Below, piece by piece: positions 1 to 13,969 of a DNA stretch of 64,000 nucleotides. The stretch comes from Camelus ferus. Taxonomy: Eukaryota. Location of the stretch: contig NC_045696.1 in assembly GCF_009834535.1 (NCBI RefSeq), positions 30,382,001 to 30,446,000 of the forward strand. Direction: 5' to 3'. The notes under the pieces were generated by a model. It had not been told where the DNA came from and ran no database searches. It saw only the letters and a list, made by a program, of their open reading frames with translations. Position numbers and translations under genes: made by a program. Each line of letters opens with the position of its first letter. Position 1 is the stretch's first letter.

Positions 1-122
1 TGCCTGCTCTCCCCTTGAGAATGTACTATCTATCCCTTAATAAATCCTCACTTTACTTTCTTATCCTTCATGTCTCATCTCTGAATTCTTTCTGCAATGA
101 GACAGGAACCTAATCACCGACA
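1..122 (+). mobile_element. 3' end of an ERV-type LTR (truncated by window edge)
   Basis: AATAAA at ~39 followed by a pyrimidine-rich U5-like tract (ctgaattctttctgcaatgagacaggaacc) ending in ...CA, typical of ERV1 LTR ends. Confidence 0.55.
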
Positions 123-129
123 ACCAAGG

Positions 130-580
130 AGTCTGAAGGCTCAGTAGTATGTGGGCACCCGTAGCTCATATTTCTCGTTCTAGACTATGCTCTGAGTAAA
201 TCTGGACTCTGAAATCTTCTGTCCAAAATGCCCAGTGCCGACTTCCAAGGCTTGTGTGGGCGTCTTACTGACGTCCATTCTCCCACGTGCTATGATGCCA
301 GAGTTGGAGTGCACAACTCTCAGTCCATGTGATGGTGAAGAGGTAGCTGATTTGTGCCACTGTGGGCAGAACTAGGTGTCCAAAGAGAAGTGAGATGGGC
401 TGAGGACCATCTTCTTTGACACACTACAAATGGCATAGAACTCTTAAGAGTCTTCAGAATTTTAAACTGAAACCTGGCCTTGCAAGTTGTGATGAAGGTG
501 TGCTGTGTTTATGATGGTAGAAGGATAGAAATGTCATTTAACAAATTTTTAATTTGATTTATTACTTTTAAACCAGACAT
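130..580. mobile_element. Old hAT-Tip100 DNA transposon relic (MER115/Zaphod-like)
   Basis: Segment aaactgaaacctggccttgcaagttgtgatgaaggt...gatagaa...tttaacaaatttttaatttgatttattactttta resembles the MER115 consensus as recalled. Confidence 0.4.
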
Positions 581-3500
581 ACAGCAACCAGGTCTCCATT
601 AATACTCCTGCCTCATTGGACAAATGAACTGGGGCTTAGGTTAAACCAATTCTTCAATTTCATCTAACTGGTAAAGGATACACTAGAACTTGTAATGAAA
701 ACACATAGTATTTTAAAGCTCTGTGTGTTGCTCATTTTAATTTCACACTTTGCAGAAATGAAATGACAAGGTAAAACAGCTATAAATTTTCAGGATATGA
801 GAAGAGTAAAAATTTGTGTAATTTTGCCAATAAAAGTATATGTGTACTTAGGACCACAAATATCTTGGCCCAGTTAACCCATTATCATTTTTACTACAAC
901 TAATCTAATATCTCTTGAATTTTTAGTAAAATTGGATAAATCCTTCAATCTGAGTGGCTGTATCTTTAATTAAAAAAAAAAAATTGTACCTCCAATGCCT
1001 TACACAGTGCCAGACACAGAGTATTATTCAAAAATAATATATCTCATCTCTCTTAAAAAAAATAAGCTCCTTGAAGACATTTGTATCTGACTTAATCATT
1101 TTTACATGAATGAATGAAAAATTAAATGAAAAAGTTTTCTTAGTACTTACTTTTATAATCTGCTCTGAAATTATTAAAACGTATAAGTAAAACAATAAGC
1201 CTGAATGAGGTTTTCGATGATTCTATTACTTTATCAAGAATTTGTCATAAATTTGAAAGTTTGGAGTAATTGCATCACTGTGTAACGTAAGGGAAAAAAA
1301 AAACTGAATAGAACTGTTTTTAATAAGATAGGTACTTTATTTTGTTCATCTAGTAAAGTGAAATCCCATATCATTTCTTCCTTCTACCTTTTAATATTTT
1401 TTGGTTTTAAAAATATTAACTTATGATAGTCACTATGTAGTTCTCATCAAATGTGATATTTTCTTTAAGTATTCTGAGGACATCATTATGAGCATATCAA
1501 ATTGTTTTCCCAGAAATCCACAAGTCAAATTCTGATTTCTAATTTAAATGCATTTTACTTAGCTTTGTAAAATATTTAACCTACACTAGACAGGAGATTT
1601 GCACCTATTATCATATCTTAAAGCATGTGTATTTTTAAATATAAAGCTAAAAATAATTTTATTCTTAAGCATAATAATCTGATCTTCAAAATCAATTATA
1701 TGTAAATGCTAATAGACATTTTAGAGATCATTTTATTATAATTAAAAAGTAAAGCAATACCAAATTATTATAAAATTGATGACAGAAGATTTTTAGTTTT
1801 ATACAGAAGAGTTGCACCGCATTGTTTGTCAGTCAGTTTTAGTCACTGTCAAATGTAAAACAGGCTTTCATTTTATTCAAAGTCTACAATTTCAATACTG
1901 GCAAATAAAATTTATTCTTTTATTTTTTTGGCATGTGAATCTCATAGGTTATTTTGTGTCTTCTTTCTGTATAAATCTAAATGTACCAAAGTTTCATTCC
2001 TTGAACTACTATTATCACAAAAATCTATAAAAATAGAATGAGTTTCATCAAATAATGGAAATTTAGGATATATTCCATTATCTAACATTCTTTAAAAGTG
2101 TGATTTGTGGTCAAAGAAATATATAATCTCTGAAAATTTCTGCACTATAAATTATATTTAGTGTTTTCCTAATTTCTCTTTTAAGAAACACTTTTGACAA
2201 ATATTATTTGAAAATTTATTAACTAAATAAGTTATATTTACAAAGCATTAATCTAAAAAAATTAAAGCTATTTCTAATATTCAGAGCCATTTCAGTATAT
2301 TCCCATAATAGCTTTCAATCAGGTCAAGTTAATTGTTTTCATCTAACATTTATAATAATTGTTTTGCTGTTTCTGGTTCTTGGAACATTTTAATAATTTT
2401 CAAAGTACATTTACAACAATACAGCGACAAATTTAAGAGATGTTTATGATTGCATCTCCATTTTGGCTTACTGGCTTACCAACTCAATCAGAGATTACTC
2501 TCAAATTAATGCTGCTTCTGAAGCTACATACACCCCACCATTGTCTTTGGAGTGTATTTCAGAACTATGCAACTTACTCTCTTGTGATGATATATTTTAA
2601 ATATATTTTTTTTTCCTAAATAGAGCTTTTCTTGTAAACAAGATACAAACAGTGGTTATTTGTAGCCTTTCTGCCCACTGACGTACATTTAGTATCTTTC
2701 AAACTGTAGCTGCAAAGTGTCAAAACAATGGCATGCAGAGTGAAAAAGGAAAAAAAAAAAAGGTTTTTCACTGGTTCCTTTGAAAATAGACAGGAGACAT
2801 GGGAGTAAAAGTGATAGGAATTGCCCGCAAAGTGTATCTATACATAATAAAACTGAAAATAGTTAAGATATTTCTAATGCAGGCATGAGTCAATAAATTA
2901 TAATAAGGTCTCAGTGGGTTTGAAGCAAATCAAATAGGGCATTGTTTCCAACCAGGGGTACAGATGAGAAACTTCTGGGGAACTGCTGAAAATGTATATG
3001 CATAGGTCCTTCAAACCTAATAAATAAGCATCTCTTGGAATCCATGAGGAAAAGAAATATATATTATAGTTAAAGATGATTTAAATTATATCTTGAGGAA
3101 TGTTCAATTTTCTTTAGGCACTGGCTGTTTCTATTGACTAGAAAATAAAACACCCTTATGAACCTAAGTGTTATCTAAATAGTAATGTCTTCAAGTCTCA
3201 CTATGAGATTATAATTGAAGCTGAGAAACCAATTCAATGTTGATATCCTATGTTTTATTTTTTCAGGGAACAAAAATAACTTTTCTATATCTCAGCTTCC
3301 CTTTCTGTGTAACCTTGAGACTTTGGGCAGAAGCATATTGTGATTTCTGAAACCACCTAGGAAACTGTACTGCATTGAAATAGTAGCTTAGCAAAAGCTC
3401 AACTGCAGCATTTCTCATCTCCAGAGCATAAAGTCAGTTTGAGTAAACCAGTATTATAGCATTTAAGTTAGCGCATTGTCCCATCACTTAAGTCAAAACT

Positions 3501-3784
3501 ATGCCTAGACAAAAAATGTAGGCAAACTTCATTGATAACTCCTTGTTGGATGATCACTCCCTTTGACTTCCCAGAAATGCATCCTAATGTTGTATTAATT
3601 TCTCAAATCATAGAAATATTGATCATGAATTGAAAGCAATGTCAAGAAGTCTTCTGACCAAGATGACTCATAAAATAGCTATTTTTTTTAAGTTAGTAGA
3701 ATAAAGGAAATGATAAAGGTCAGAACAGAAATTAATGAAACAGAGACTGAGGAGAAATTGAAATAGATAATAAAATAGCTAATT

Positions 3785-4002
3785 AAAATAGCTAATGTAG
3801 TTTGAGTGCTTAATGTGTGCCAGTATTCTTCCAGGACTTTGTGAAATACTTTTATCATTATCTCATGTCATGAAGAAGGAAACTGATGTACAAAGAGCTT
3901 AAGTTGTGCCCAAAGTCATTCTGGTAGTAAGCAGTAGAGACTGTGTTTGAACCCAGGCCTTCTGGCTTGGAGTTTTATGCTCATAATCATTACGCCAAGC
4001 TG
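3785..4002 (-). mobile_element. MIR SINE
   Basis: Reverse-complement MIR motifs: gagtgcttaatgtgtgccag, gaaggaaactga, tgcccaaagtca, tttgaacccaggccttctggct. Confidence 0.85.
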
Positions 4003-7000
4003 ACTGTTACTATATATGTTTTCCATGTGAATAGAAAAACCTAGGGAAAATTAATCACTATACCTAAGGTTGTGTGAAATGAAACTGGTGTTTCCTTTCA
4101 CTGTGTTCTTGAAGCTGTAGCATACTACCTCTCTCATTAATCCTTTATCTCAGGCACTATATCATCCAGGATCTGGACATCCTTCCTGCCACCTTGGCTC
4201 TGCCAGCAGCACTAAAGATTTCTCATTTTCATTCTTGTGTGCCTGGCAATTGAAACATACCTGTCCTGAGTTTCTAGCCCTCAGAGGCATGGCTTCCTTG
4301 CCTTCCAAAAGAACATTAACTTTGGATCTACCACTATTATTAAGAAAATGCAGAAGAACTATTTCTTCATAAAGAAGTAAATGCACATTCTAAACATAAA
4401 CTGCTGGATTTTGTTAGAATGGTTAGTAAAGCAGGCTTAGCAAGAAGATAACTCCTTTAGAGACCTGTCTATTTATCTCTTTAGCTGGTGGTCAGGAGAA
4501 CAGATTATTTCCTAGTTCCAAGCAACTGGTAATATCTACTGAAGCCTAAAATAGCAATGTTGTTAACAAATGGATGATTAAGAAACCAAGGGTAAAATGT
4601 GGAGGTCTTTCATAACTCTAGAAGAACAGGTTGAATAATGATCTAATTTTAAGGCACTTTTCATCTGCCCTCCTTTTGTTGTATGAGAAACTCAAGATGT
4701 TTATCCACTTACTTATTTTGCTATTGCCCTTGACATGAGTTTTATATTTAAAAACATTTTTATTGGTTTTAAATGTATTGATTTAATATAAGATAACTAC
4801 AAAATATTTTTTTTTCATTGCTGGTAATGTCAGTTTTTTCTTTACATCTTTGCTTTATTTCAATTGAGGTTTATATTATTATTATTTTAATAACTATTTA
4901 TGATATATATTTAATTAGCAAAATTTTAATGTAGTACATCTATTTTGCAAGTATTTTTCTTTGTTCATCTTCTGTTTTTATTTTCAGTGTTCTAATGTAT
5001 AGTTTAATATTTTTGTGGACCCAAACAGAATTGTGTTGTTCTTGATTCTACATAGAGAAGTTCCCTTCTTCTTCTGAGGCTGAATGAATATTTACCTACA
5101 TCTTCTTTTACTAACTTTTATTTAGTTGGTTTTTTTTTTTTTAACATTATATAAGTCCATCTAGAATTTTTTTCCTTTTGGATTGTAGCCAGTTGTGTTA
5201 ACTAAGGTTTTTTCCTGCATTGGACTTTATAGAGGGAGGGAAAAAAAAACTCACAGCTTTTAATTTGTTCCTTTTTGTCCAGAGATAGCTTTATTTGCAG
5301 GAGAACTATAACTGATTCAGAAGTTTAGATGCAGAGATATTTTTCATTTATTTATTTGAGGCAAAAAAACCCCAAAATACTTCTATAATTGAAATGCTAC
5401 TTAAATTCTTTATATTTTGAAATTAGTGAAAGAGAAAGGGAAGTTTGAAATTTTTCTACATTAATTCATTGATAATTATATTAATCACTAAACATACATG
5501 TGATTATTTAATATAATTCAACAATATATAAAGGGGATATTTCAGTTGGAGCTATGAAGTTTCATACTATTTACATTTACTTAAAGTCTTACTGGCAGAA
5601 GACATGGAATTATTCCATTACATCATATTTAATTTGGTAAATATCTCCATAAAAGTGTCCAAAGGAATCATTTTGTAAACTTGACTTCAAATAATACAAT
5701 CTTTGAAAATAAGGCTAAAAGAAGGATTAAGTGAGTGCTCTACCTACCTACTATTCTCCAAGAACATGCTAATGTAAACAATAAATACAATTGTGATCTT
5801 TTTCTGAGAAAACTTTTATGTTTCTAAGTTCTTGCTCTCCATCTCTTATCCTTCCCCTCATCCACATACACTCCCTCCTGTGCCAGTCCATGGCACCGTG
5901 TCTGGCCCCTGGTTTAGGTTTAGGAAAAGTGTTTTGTTTTGTCTTAATAGAGTATTAACCTATCTGAGGAATTGTAATTATATCAAATATTTTAAGGAAA
6001 ATAATTAATAAACATGTGAGCTGTAATGCAATGCTTCTATCTCCTAAAAATAATCATTTAACATTCATAATCACTTACTATCCAAAAATATCCCAGTCTT
6101 TTAGGGCTGTCACATTCTTTTTGACTCTTTTGATTGAAAAATGGGTTTCAATAAGGATAATTTTCTTCTGACCAAACACATTTGGAAAGCTAAAATATTT
6201 AGATGCACTCTGATTTAAAGAGCTACACTGAATTTTAAAAGGTCAGTTTTTTTTTTCCTTTGTGACTAAATGGTTCACAAAAATTCTGTAGTATCTTTAC
6301 AAAATCAGAGGAAAATTAAGGCAATTATCTAGATGAGTTCAGGAAAACACATGGCTTTTGAGGAAGAAAATGATTCCTTAGATTTCTGTTATCCAGCCTG
6401 ATTATCTATATATAAATTCTTCAGAAATCTATGTACACCTTTCCTCTCTTTCAATATTTATGTTGGCGTTTTACATCTAAAGGCAATTTTGTTGGAGCAA
6501 AATATGATACTGTGTCAAGAGAGAAAGTGTGTAAATTCACATTGCTAAGGAACAAGCGTATGCTAATGTTTCACACTTCAACTATGAAAGCCAGCTACAT
6601 CAAGTTTACATATAATTTAACTAGTTAATTTACAGAAGTATCTCTATATAATAAAAGAAGCTCCATGTCACAGTTTTTCTTTTCATAAAATATCATTATT
6701 TATATTAATTATTGTATTTTAATATTTGATCTTAATTATCACATACACTAGTAGAATTATCTGTAATTTGGTTGTATTTTAATTTATGGAGGATCAACTT
6801 AGACATAATGAAGTTAAACCCAATGGAATGTATTTGTTAGGGTTTAAGATGAGGCTTAATTAGTGATATTGCACCCTAGATGGTATCCATAATATATATT
6901 ACTGTGATCAGTCATATTATAATGTAAATATGCAAATGAACTTTTGCAACCATTATTTCAGAGGCCATTCAACTTTTCAGGTTGCAGAGAAATGTTGTTA

Positions 7001-7829
7001 CATCTATGTTGTTTGACTTTGTTATTGAGAAGTAAACAGCAGAAAGAAAAATGAAATTTCTAAACACAGTCTATTTTATAAGGAAGGGCTGTAGTAAAAT
7101 CATAATTTTTCAGAATATGGCTTTGTTTTTCTAACTTTATATTTGTTTTAGATGAAATTAAGACTTTCTACCTAAAACATCTAAAATCTCTTAGCAAATA
7201 TAAAATACTTCTTTTCAAATATGTGCTGATATATTTTTGCTAGCTGTGAGCTCTTTATTTCCAGTTAATCTTTCTGAACTTTACATTTTCATCATGGTTT
7301 GTTTACATATATATATATAGAGAGAGAGAAATTTGTACTCAATATTAAATTATAATTTGTACTTTTATATTTCCTAATGCTAAGATTTCCTTTATGTTGG
7401 TAAACATATTTGATGGATCCAGGCTAATTATAATAAACTGTTTTTCTCAGTCCCAAATTAAGTAGACTTTATCATCTTGATCTATATAGATGATCTTTTT
7501 CTTTTATATTGGATTTTTGATTGCAACTGAATACATTTTTTACAATTTCCTGGCATTTTAATTGATAATATAGTGGCTTATTTTTCAGGTTAGCAGTGTT
7601 ATTCTTTTTAAAATTTTAAGCTTTCACCTATCTTGATGTATCATCCTTATTTTTAGCCTCTGCTTCTTAAATAATTTCTACAACTTGAAAACTGTTCAAA
7701 GATTTTTGCTGTATTATTTATATTCTGATATACTGTGCAACATGGACATGGACATAATCAATTCAAAGAAAATCCACCAGGGACATGAATCATACACATA
7801 AAAACCTGGCTCAACTCTCAGGTACTACC

Positions 7830-8962
7830 TGACTCATGGTAAAATTTTCAGCAGGATAATCCTGAGAGAAATTATGTTCTAGGAGCAAACACATTTTATA
7901 GAGTTAATGTTCACTGAAGGATTCTACTTAGAATGTTGATGATAAGGAAAGTATACTGGTGGTGACTTCATCGTTCTAAAAGATTTCTCCATTTCTAGTT
8001 CTGTTTGTCTTGTTTTTAGATAACTCTCTAATGCATTTAGCATTTTAAGAAAATATTCATATATTAATAATTCCATAGTCCATAGCTACTCATTATGAAG
8101 AAAGCTAAATATCTGAAGTTTGTCAGAGGAAATCCATCAACTGCTTAAGAAATACCAACTTTATTTGTTAAATTTTGACCAAAAATGATCTGAAAGTGAC
8201 TATATGAGGTGATTGTGGATCAATTCTTAATACATGTTTTGAATCATCAAAAGTCCTTATAATCTTTTAATTATTCTTTGGTGATACGTCCTTATGAAAC
8301 TCTCTTCTAAATAAACAAAATCAAATTTTCTAGGGCTGTATCAGGCCACAGAAGAGAAATCCAACGTTTCAGTGACTATACCCATATTGTTTGACAATAA
8401 ATAAATCAAATTCCCGTGGTTGTGAGAATAATTAGAAGAATTAAAGTTGCTCCATCTTTGTAATCCTAAGAAGCACATCCTGATATCCAGCATATTCAGA
8501 CACAGCTTTCACTTTATGAGACAACTAATATGAGAATTATGTCGTTCTTACTGGGAGGAGGATGGATAGCATTAGACAGAGGAGGTTGCTCTCACAAAAC
8601 AATTGCATAGTTTGTTGACAAAAACTGCAAGATGAATGATTTTTTAAAGCAGTTGAACTCTCTTTTTGTTTGTGCTGCTAATAAAAGAACCATAGATCAC
8701 AATGAAGAGGGGTTTTGTAAAACGAGTCCTTGTTTAAATCAAAACTTTTTTTCTTTTTCAGTGTTTTAACAGTGCTTTAATTGTAGGAACAAAAGAATAC
8801 ACTTTACTGTAGAGCGTCCTTATAACTCTCCCATTTGCATTCTTTATTATTATTTTTAAAATGTCTAGACAAAATTGTACTTTTTTGCACAGATTTTGGG
8901 GGATCAAGGAGTAGTCATTATCTCCATCCATCATCTCTTCATCCTGCATCTCTAGAAATGTC
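7830..8962 (-). pseudogene. Candidate large decayed exon of unknown gene
   Basis: Acceptor tatttttaaaag| at 8963; ~67 open codons TFLEMQDEEMMDGDNDYSLIPQNLCKKVQFCLDILKIIIKN...; further protein-like blocks (LWTMELLIYEYFLKMLNALESYLKTRQTELEMEKSF) among many stops; no repeat recognised; 3' boundary uncertain. Confidence 0.3.
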
Positions 8963-9269
8963 CTTTTAAAAATATGTTTGAATATACCATGAAAGAAATT
9001 TCCACTTCAATTTTAAATTACTAAATGCAAAGTTCAACTTGTTACTGTTTTGGTTCTTTTTATCCTAGACTACTCTCCATTTCTTTTGTTTTTGTTTTTT
9101 TTATGTACATGACTGTTAGTAGTTTAAGTTCAAGAATTTTATCTTATTTTGAAAAGATAAGATGTGGTTAAAAAGTAGACACACAAAACGCAGCAGCTTT
9201 TCAGAAAGTAAATGTATTGCCATCATGTGTATCAAGTCTAGACTAGAGATTCTAGATTTAAGGCTCCTT

Positions 9270-9820
9270 GTCTCTGGTTGCTTTGCTCCAGTGGTCACAC
9301 AGGGACCCAGGCTGACAGAGGTTTTAACATTGTGAAGCTGTGGCTGTTGAGGTCACCAGAGTATTCTCCATGCCCATCAGTTAAAGAGGGGAAAGTGCAT
9401 GGAGAACACAGGGACCCAGGCTGACAGAGGTTTTAACATTGTGAAGCTGTGGCTGTTGAGGTCACCAGAGTATTCTCCATGCCCATCAGTTAAAGAGGGG
9501 AAAGTGCATGGAGAAGTTCACGTGGGAGGTTCAGAGCTAGAGAGCAGGCTGGAAAGCAGGGAACGTCATTTCCACTCGGGGTGAGGAACCCAACTCAATT
9601 TGCTTGGGTCTTTCCTATTTTTACCACTGAAGTTCCCATGTCCTTGGAACCACCTTAATTATAAACAACAAAGCTTACTCATCCTATTTCCATTCACATT
9701 CCACAGCAGAGAATTTAGCACATGGTTGCAACTGAAGGCAAGAGAGCTCAGACACATCATGCTCTGTCCCTGAGAGGAGGAGGAGGATTGTGGATGTGAT
9801 GAGTTTCTGGCAGAGCGCTC
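9270..9820. mobile_element. Old ERVL-type LTR (LTR33-like) with an internal ~110 bp hAT MITE-like insert (~9578-9690, MER96-like)
   Basis: Motifs cagggacccaggctgacagagg and cattccacagcagagaatttagcacatgg resemble old ERVL LTRs; the insert has ttttaccactgaagttcccatgtcc. Confidence 0.45.
9298..9515. repeat. Perfect direct tandem duplication, 2 x 109 bp
   Basis: cacagggacccaggctgacag...gaaagtgcatggagaa at 9298-9406 and 9407-9515 with no mismatch seen. Confidence 0.95.
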
Positions 9821-10219
9821 CACCAAGGGCCTCGCTGTATTCATCTTTAACCAAAGCCTCTAGCTTACTACTTGACTTAGAGTAGGATGTAAATAAATAC
9901 GGGAGAAATGAAATTAATAAGACAGCTATTTCATTGCTGCTTTAACTTAAAAAAAGCAAACCTAAATAGACATAGGGCTTTCTGTGCAAACTTCTGGTAA
10001 AAGCCTTTGTTTAAAAAAATTGTCTCATATATTAATGAAGTCAGCTTTCTATCCTTATGCTCATTCTTCTTAGTTTCAATTAATCATCTAGTCTTATTTT
10101 TTTTTTAAAGTAAGAAAATGTCTTTTCCTTAAATGGACTACTCAACATTACACTTAATCACCTTCACCTTTGGTGACTTGGCAGCTCACCTCTTTTTACC
10201 TGAATATGTGAAACAGAAT

Positions 10220-10445
10220 TGGCAGGATGCTCTAGTGAAAAGAACAAGGATGCTAGATTCAGTTAACCTAGGTGTTATCCCTCAGCAGGTAAATGGTTTT
10301 AAGTATGCCACTTAAACTGTCTGGACTTCAATTTCATTATCCCTCAGATTGAAATATTAATGTGTATCTGATCTATATCAAGGGGTTATTGTCAAGGTAA
10401 AATTGGACAGTGTAAACAGAGCATGTATGAATGGTAAAGGGTTAT
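10220..10445 (+). mobile_element. MIR SINE (old)
   Basis: tagtgaaaagaacaagg...cacttaaactgtctggacttcaatttcattatc...ggttattgtcaaggtaaaat. Confidence 0.6.
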
Positions 10446-11724
10446 GAGAACATCTGTTCTCCTTACCATGATGTCGTTTTGTCAGGCTGTGTAAAGCCCC
10501 ATGCTTGAATTTCAGAACTGTGTTTGAATGCAGGTTTCAGAAAACTCTGTTAGCATTTCCTCTTCACTGCATATGAAAATAACTAGTGAATCATCATGTT
10601 GTTGGGGATTTCGTTATTTCTTATGAATACCACCTCGGGATGGAGGGAACAATCGTTTCCAATCTTGGGAAAACATCACTTTTCTGCACACTGGCAAAGA
10701 TGGTTAGACTGAGATGATTTACAAATTTCCTCCAGACAAATACATGCTTAAAAAATTAGAGAATAATGACCAATGGAGGAAAAATGTTCAAAGTTTTAAA
10801 TTTGTCCATGCAAAGTAGAATTACCTAGCCTATGAAAAAAGTAAGATACATATACATATGGAAATATAATTAATGATGATAATTTAAACTGAAGAATAGA
10901 TTTTAGTCAATGCATAAGATAAGCATTTTTACGGCTCAGTCCCTTTACATTTGAATTGGCCAGAAGCACCTTAAGAGTTCTTGTCCTTTGTGATAAAATA
11001 AAGGAAACTGAAGGAACAGATAACAGAAGGCCTGTAGGAAAGGCAAGAGAAGACTTAGAGCAGTAGTTTTTAAGCTGTGTCTCTTGGGCAACTCAGAATG
11101 CCTCAGCTGCCAGGCAGGGTGGACAGGGAAAGATTGGCCAGGCTACAGCCCTGGCCTTCTATTTCAGCCACAGCAGCGCTGCTTTTATCTAATGGAAGTA
11201 TCTGGAGAAAAAGAGATTCCACTTCGTTAAGGGTGGTTGAAAGTCACTGCCTTTTAAAATTATACACTTTTTAAATTTTACTTTAAAATTAAAAAAAAAA
11301 TTATTATGGAAATTTCCTGTATGTTGCAGAAATTGGATCAAGTGCCAAGCAAGTGTCCTGGAGAGAGGGAGAAACATACTGAACTGAGTAGGTGCCATTA
11401 TGCTTTCATCCAGTAAACAAGTGTCTAGCAAATATTCTGAAGGGAAAAAATAACACTGTAAACAAAATGCAAAATATTGGCCATAAAGGTCAGAGAGCTG
11501 AATATTTAATCTGCTGAAGTTGACTCAGAATGAGAGGAGAGCCCTGAAGAAATGCAGGAAATGGGATGATGTCATTGTTCAGACTCACCATGTCACTTGT
11601 CATGGTTACCACCACCTAGAGATGAACCATCTGCCTGTTAGAGGTACTAAGGGGTTGGAAGTATCACTGGATAGAGTAAGAAATTACAGTGCTGGTAAAG
11701 CAGGATGAATTAACTTTTTGAGTT

Positions 11725-11950
11725 AATAATGTCATTAATTAACATTGCAAGAGTGCTTGCTATGTAATAGAAAACTTCTTAAGAACTTATACTCAGTATC
11801 TCATGTGTGTATTTCAAAAGTATTACACCCGGGTATTGGAAAGGAGAGTCCATTTGAAAGCATAAGTTATTTCCCAAGGCCACACAACTGGTGTGTTGTA
11901 AAGTAAGGATTCAGACCTGTTGGGCCAAGGTTCTTAACCTCAGTACTCAA
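11725..11950 (-). mobile_element. MIR SINE
   Basis: gagtgcttgctatgt...ttcccaaggccacacaactgg...ggattcagacct...ttcttaacc. Confidence 0.65.
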
Positions 11951-12814
11951 CTTCCTTTTAAATTCATGAGCAATTTCAATATATTTCTCCAAAATAAAAT
12001 TATTGTTTTTTGTTTGCTCTCCTTAGACCTGACATGGAATGTCCCTTTATATTTTTAAGAAATTACATTGGACAAAATATGCCATTTTTGATCCATTTTT
12101 ACTTGATTATTTGAAGGCAGCACAAGCTCAGTGTTAACTTTCAGGCAGGCCTGATTGGAATCCCAAATCCATCTTTTACTATATTCTTACATGTAATAAC
12201 GAGGAGAGAATCTACTGCAAAGTGTGGTTTGCAGTAAGAGGTAGATGATTTACTATATAAAAGTGCTTAGTTGAGGGCCTGATAGCTCTGGAAACGTTTG
12301 TTCCCCTTGATTTCTGTTTCATATTCACAATGTCCTTTGTCATAATATATATAAGCAAAAAGCTTATGAATGCTATTATGTGCTATCAAAATCCTGAACA
12401 GAATTCCAACTAAGATTAATCCCAATTGTATTCTAACTGATGAAATTTTCATATCGGTTGGATGAATGCTATAGACTTTTTGTTCTGTGGTTTGATACTA
12501 TTTTAAAACATTAATATTTCCTTTTGTCTCAGAAATGTTCTAATAACAGACCCCCTTTCCCATTTAGGAAGATGAGGGGAGAGAGTGTTCTATACTTGCT
12601 GCTCTCAAAGTATGGTTGTTACATCATACTTTGCAGAGAAAAAAAAGAGAGAATATTGGATTTTGACCTTCAAAATGTCTAAGTAAAAGGCAAGTTTTTC
12701 CTTCCACAGAGGAAATCAGATTCTACACGGTGAAAGCAGAGGACAAGAATCAGACATAATTAGATGCTGATGAAGTTCCCCTCGGAGATGCTCTGGGAAT
12801 ATTTTCTTACTCAC

Positions 12815-13104
12815 GGTGAGGTCAAAATCTCCAAAGGATGGGTAAAATCCTCAATTAAATTTTTGTTTCTGGGAAGAGAAATCCTGAGCATTGTTTCCCA
12901 GTTGAGACTGAGAAAATCAGCTAGTTTCTAGAATCCCCTTACAACTGGCACAATTCAATAACAATCAGCTAGATAGGATTTTGGCATGGTCACCCTTCTG
13001 AATTTACTGCAGACCCATAGTTACATGAGAGTGTTCCAGAATTCCCCAGTGTTTCCAGTAGAGTCTGAGAGATGCATGGAGAATATCTGCAGATTTGAAG
13101 AGCC
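12815..13104 (-). pseudogene. Candidate decayed exon (290 bp)
   Basis: Acceptor ctccttattctggtttag| and donor |gtgagt; 3' part open (KLADFLSLNWETMLRISLPRNKNLIEDFTHPLEILTSP) and in phase with the 8962 segment; internal stops, and a frameshift is needed to join the upstream exon. Confidence 0.3.
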
Positions 13105-13569
13105 CTAAACCAGAATAAGGAGACCACTGAGTGAAATGTATGGACTCTTGACCAGATAGGAAAAAAGACAGTCAGGAATTCAGAGGACAAATAAATTAAG
13201 TATTAGTCAGTAGAGCAGAAGAGAGAAGTGCAAAGGCAGTGCATCCAGACAAGACTTGAACGTGGCTAGTTATCTTTGATAAAACCTTTTGAAGATGGAC
13301 ATAGTCTCAAAGAAATCTGAATTCATTGATGCTTTGTCTAAGTTTACAATTAGAGTGTAGGTAATTTTTCCACTTTAACAAAATTATGATATTGTAACTA
13401 AACATTAAAAAAGCTTCCACTTTGTTAAGTTTAGTTTAAAAAATTAATGAAAATTAAAATAAAGAATGCCTCTACATCTCCCTCATATTTTTGGATAGTA
13501 TAATTTATAGCAATTGTAATATTCTATGTTTTCCCCATCTTACCTGATAAATTCTCATCATTAGAGTAC

Positions 13570-13822
13570 ATTAGTTGAGAATACATTAGACCCAGACTGC
13601 CTGAGTTAAAATCCTAGCCTCACCACTTATTAACTGTGTGACCTAAGACAGAGTAACCTGGTGGCTACTCTGTGGCTCAGATCACTTATCTGTAAAAGGA
13701 GTTACTTAGATGCCTACATTGCCTTGTATTGTGAAGATTAAATAAGATATAGTATGAAAGGACTTAGAAACTATCTGGTGTATGGTAAAGTACTCAGTAA
13801 ACACGTACCGTTACTATTATTA
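13570..13822 (+). mobile_element. MIR SINE, near full length
   Basis: cagactgcctgagttaaaatcctagcctcaccacttattaactgtgtgacct...atctgtaaaagg...ttgtgaagattaaataagat...tactcagtaaa. Confidence 0.9.
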
Positions 13823-13969
13823 GCATTGCCTTCATTATCAGTGGGAACACTTTCTTGTTATAACAATGATCGAAAGGGAGGAATTCTTTCAAGTAAGATC
13901 TTTGCAATTTTCCTTATGTATTTAAAACAGATCCTCAGAGTGATTCAGATATTTAGCCTCCTACATGCG

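Noticed and set aside
9298..9515. Repeat pair as a CRISPR-like array
   Set aside because: Only two head-to-tail copies, no spacers, eukaryotic context
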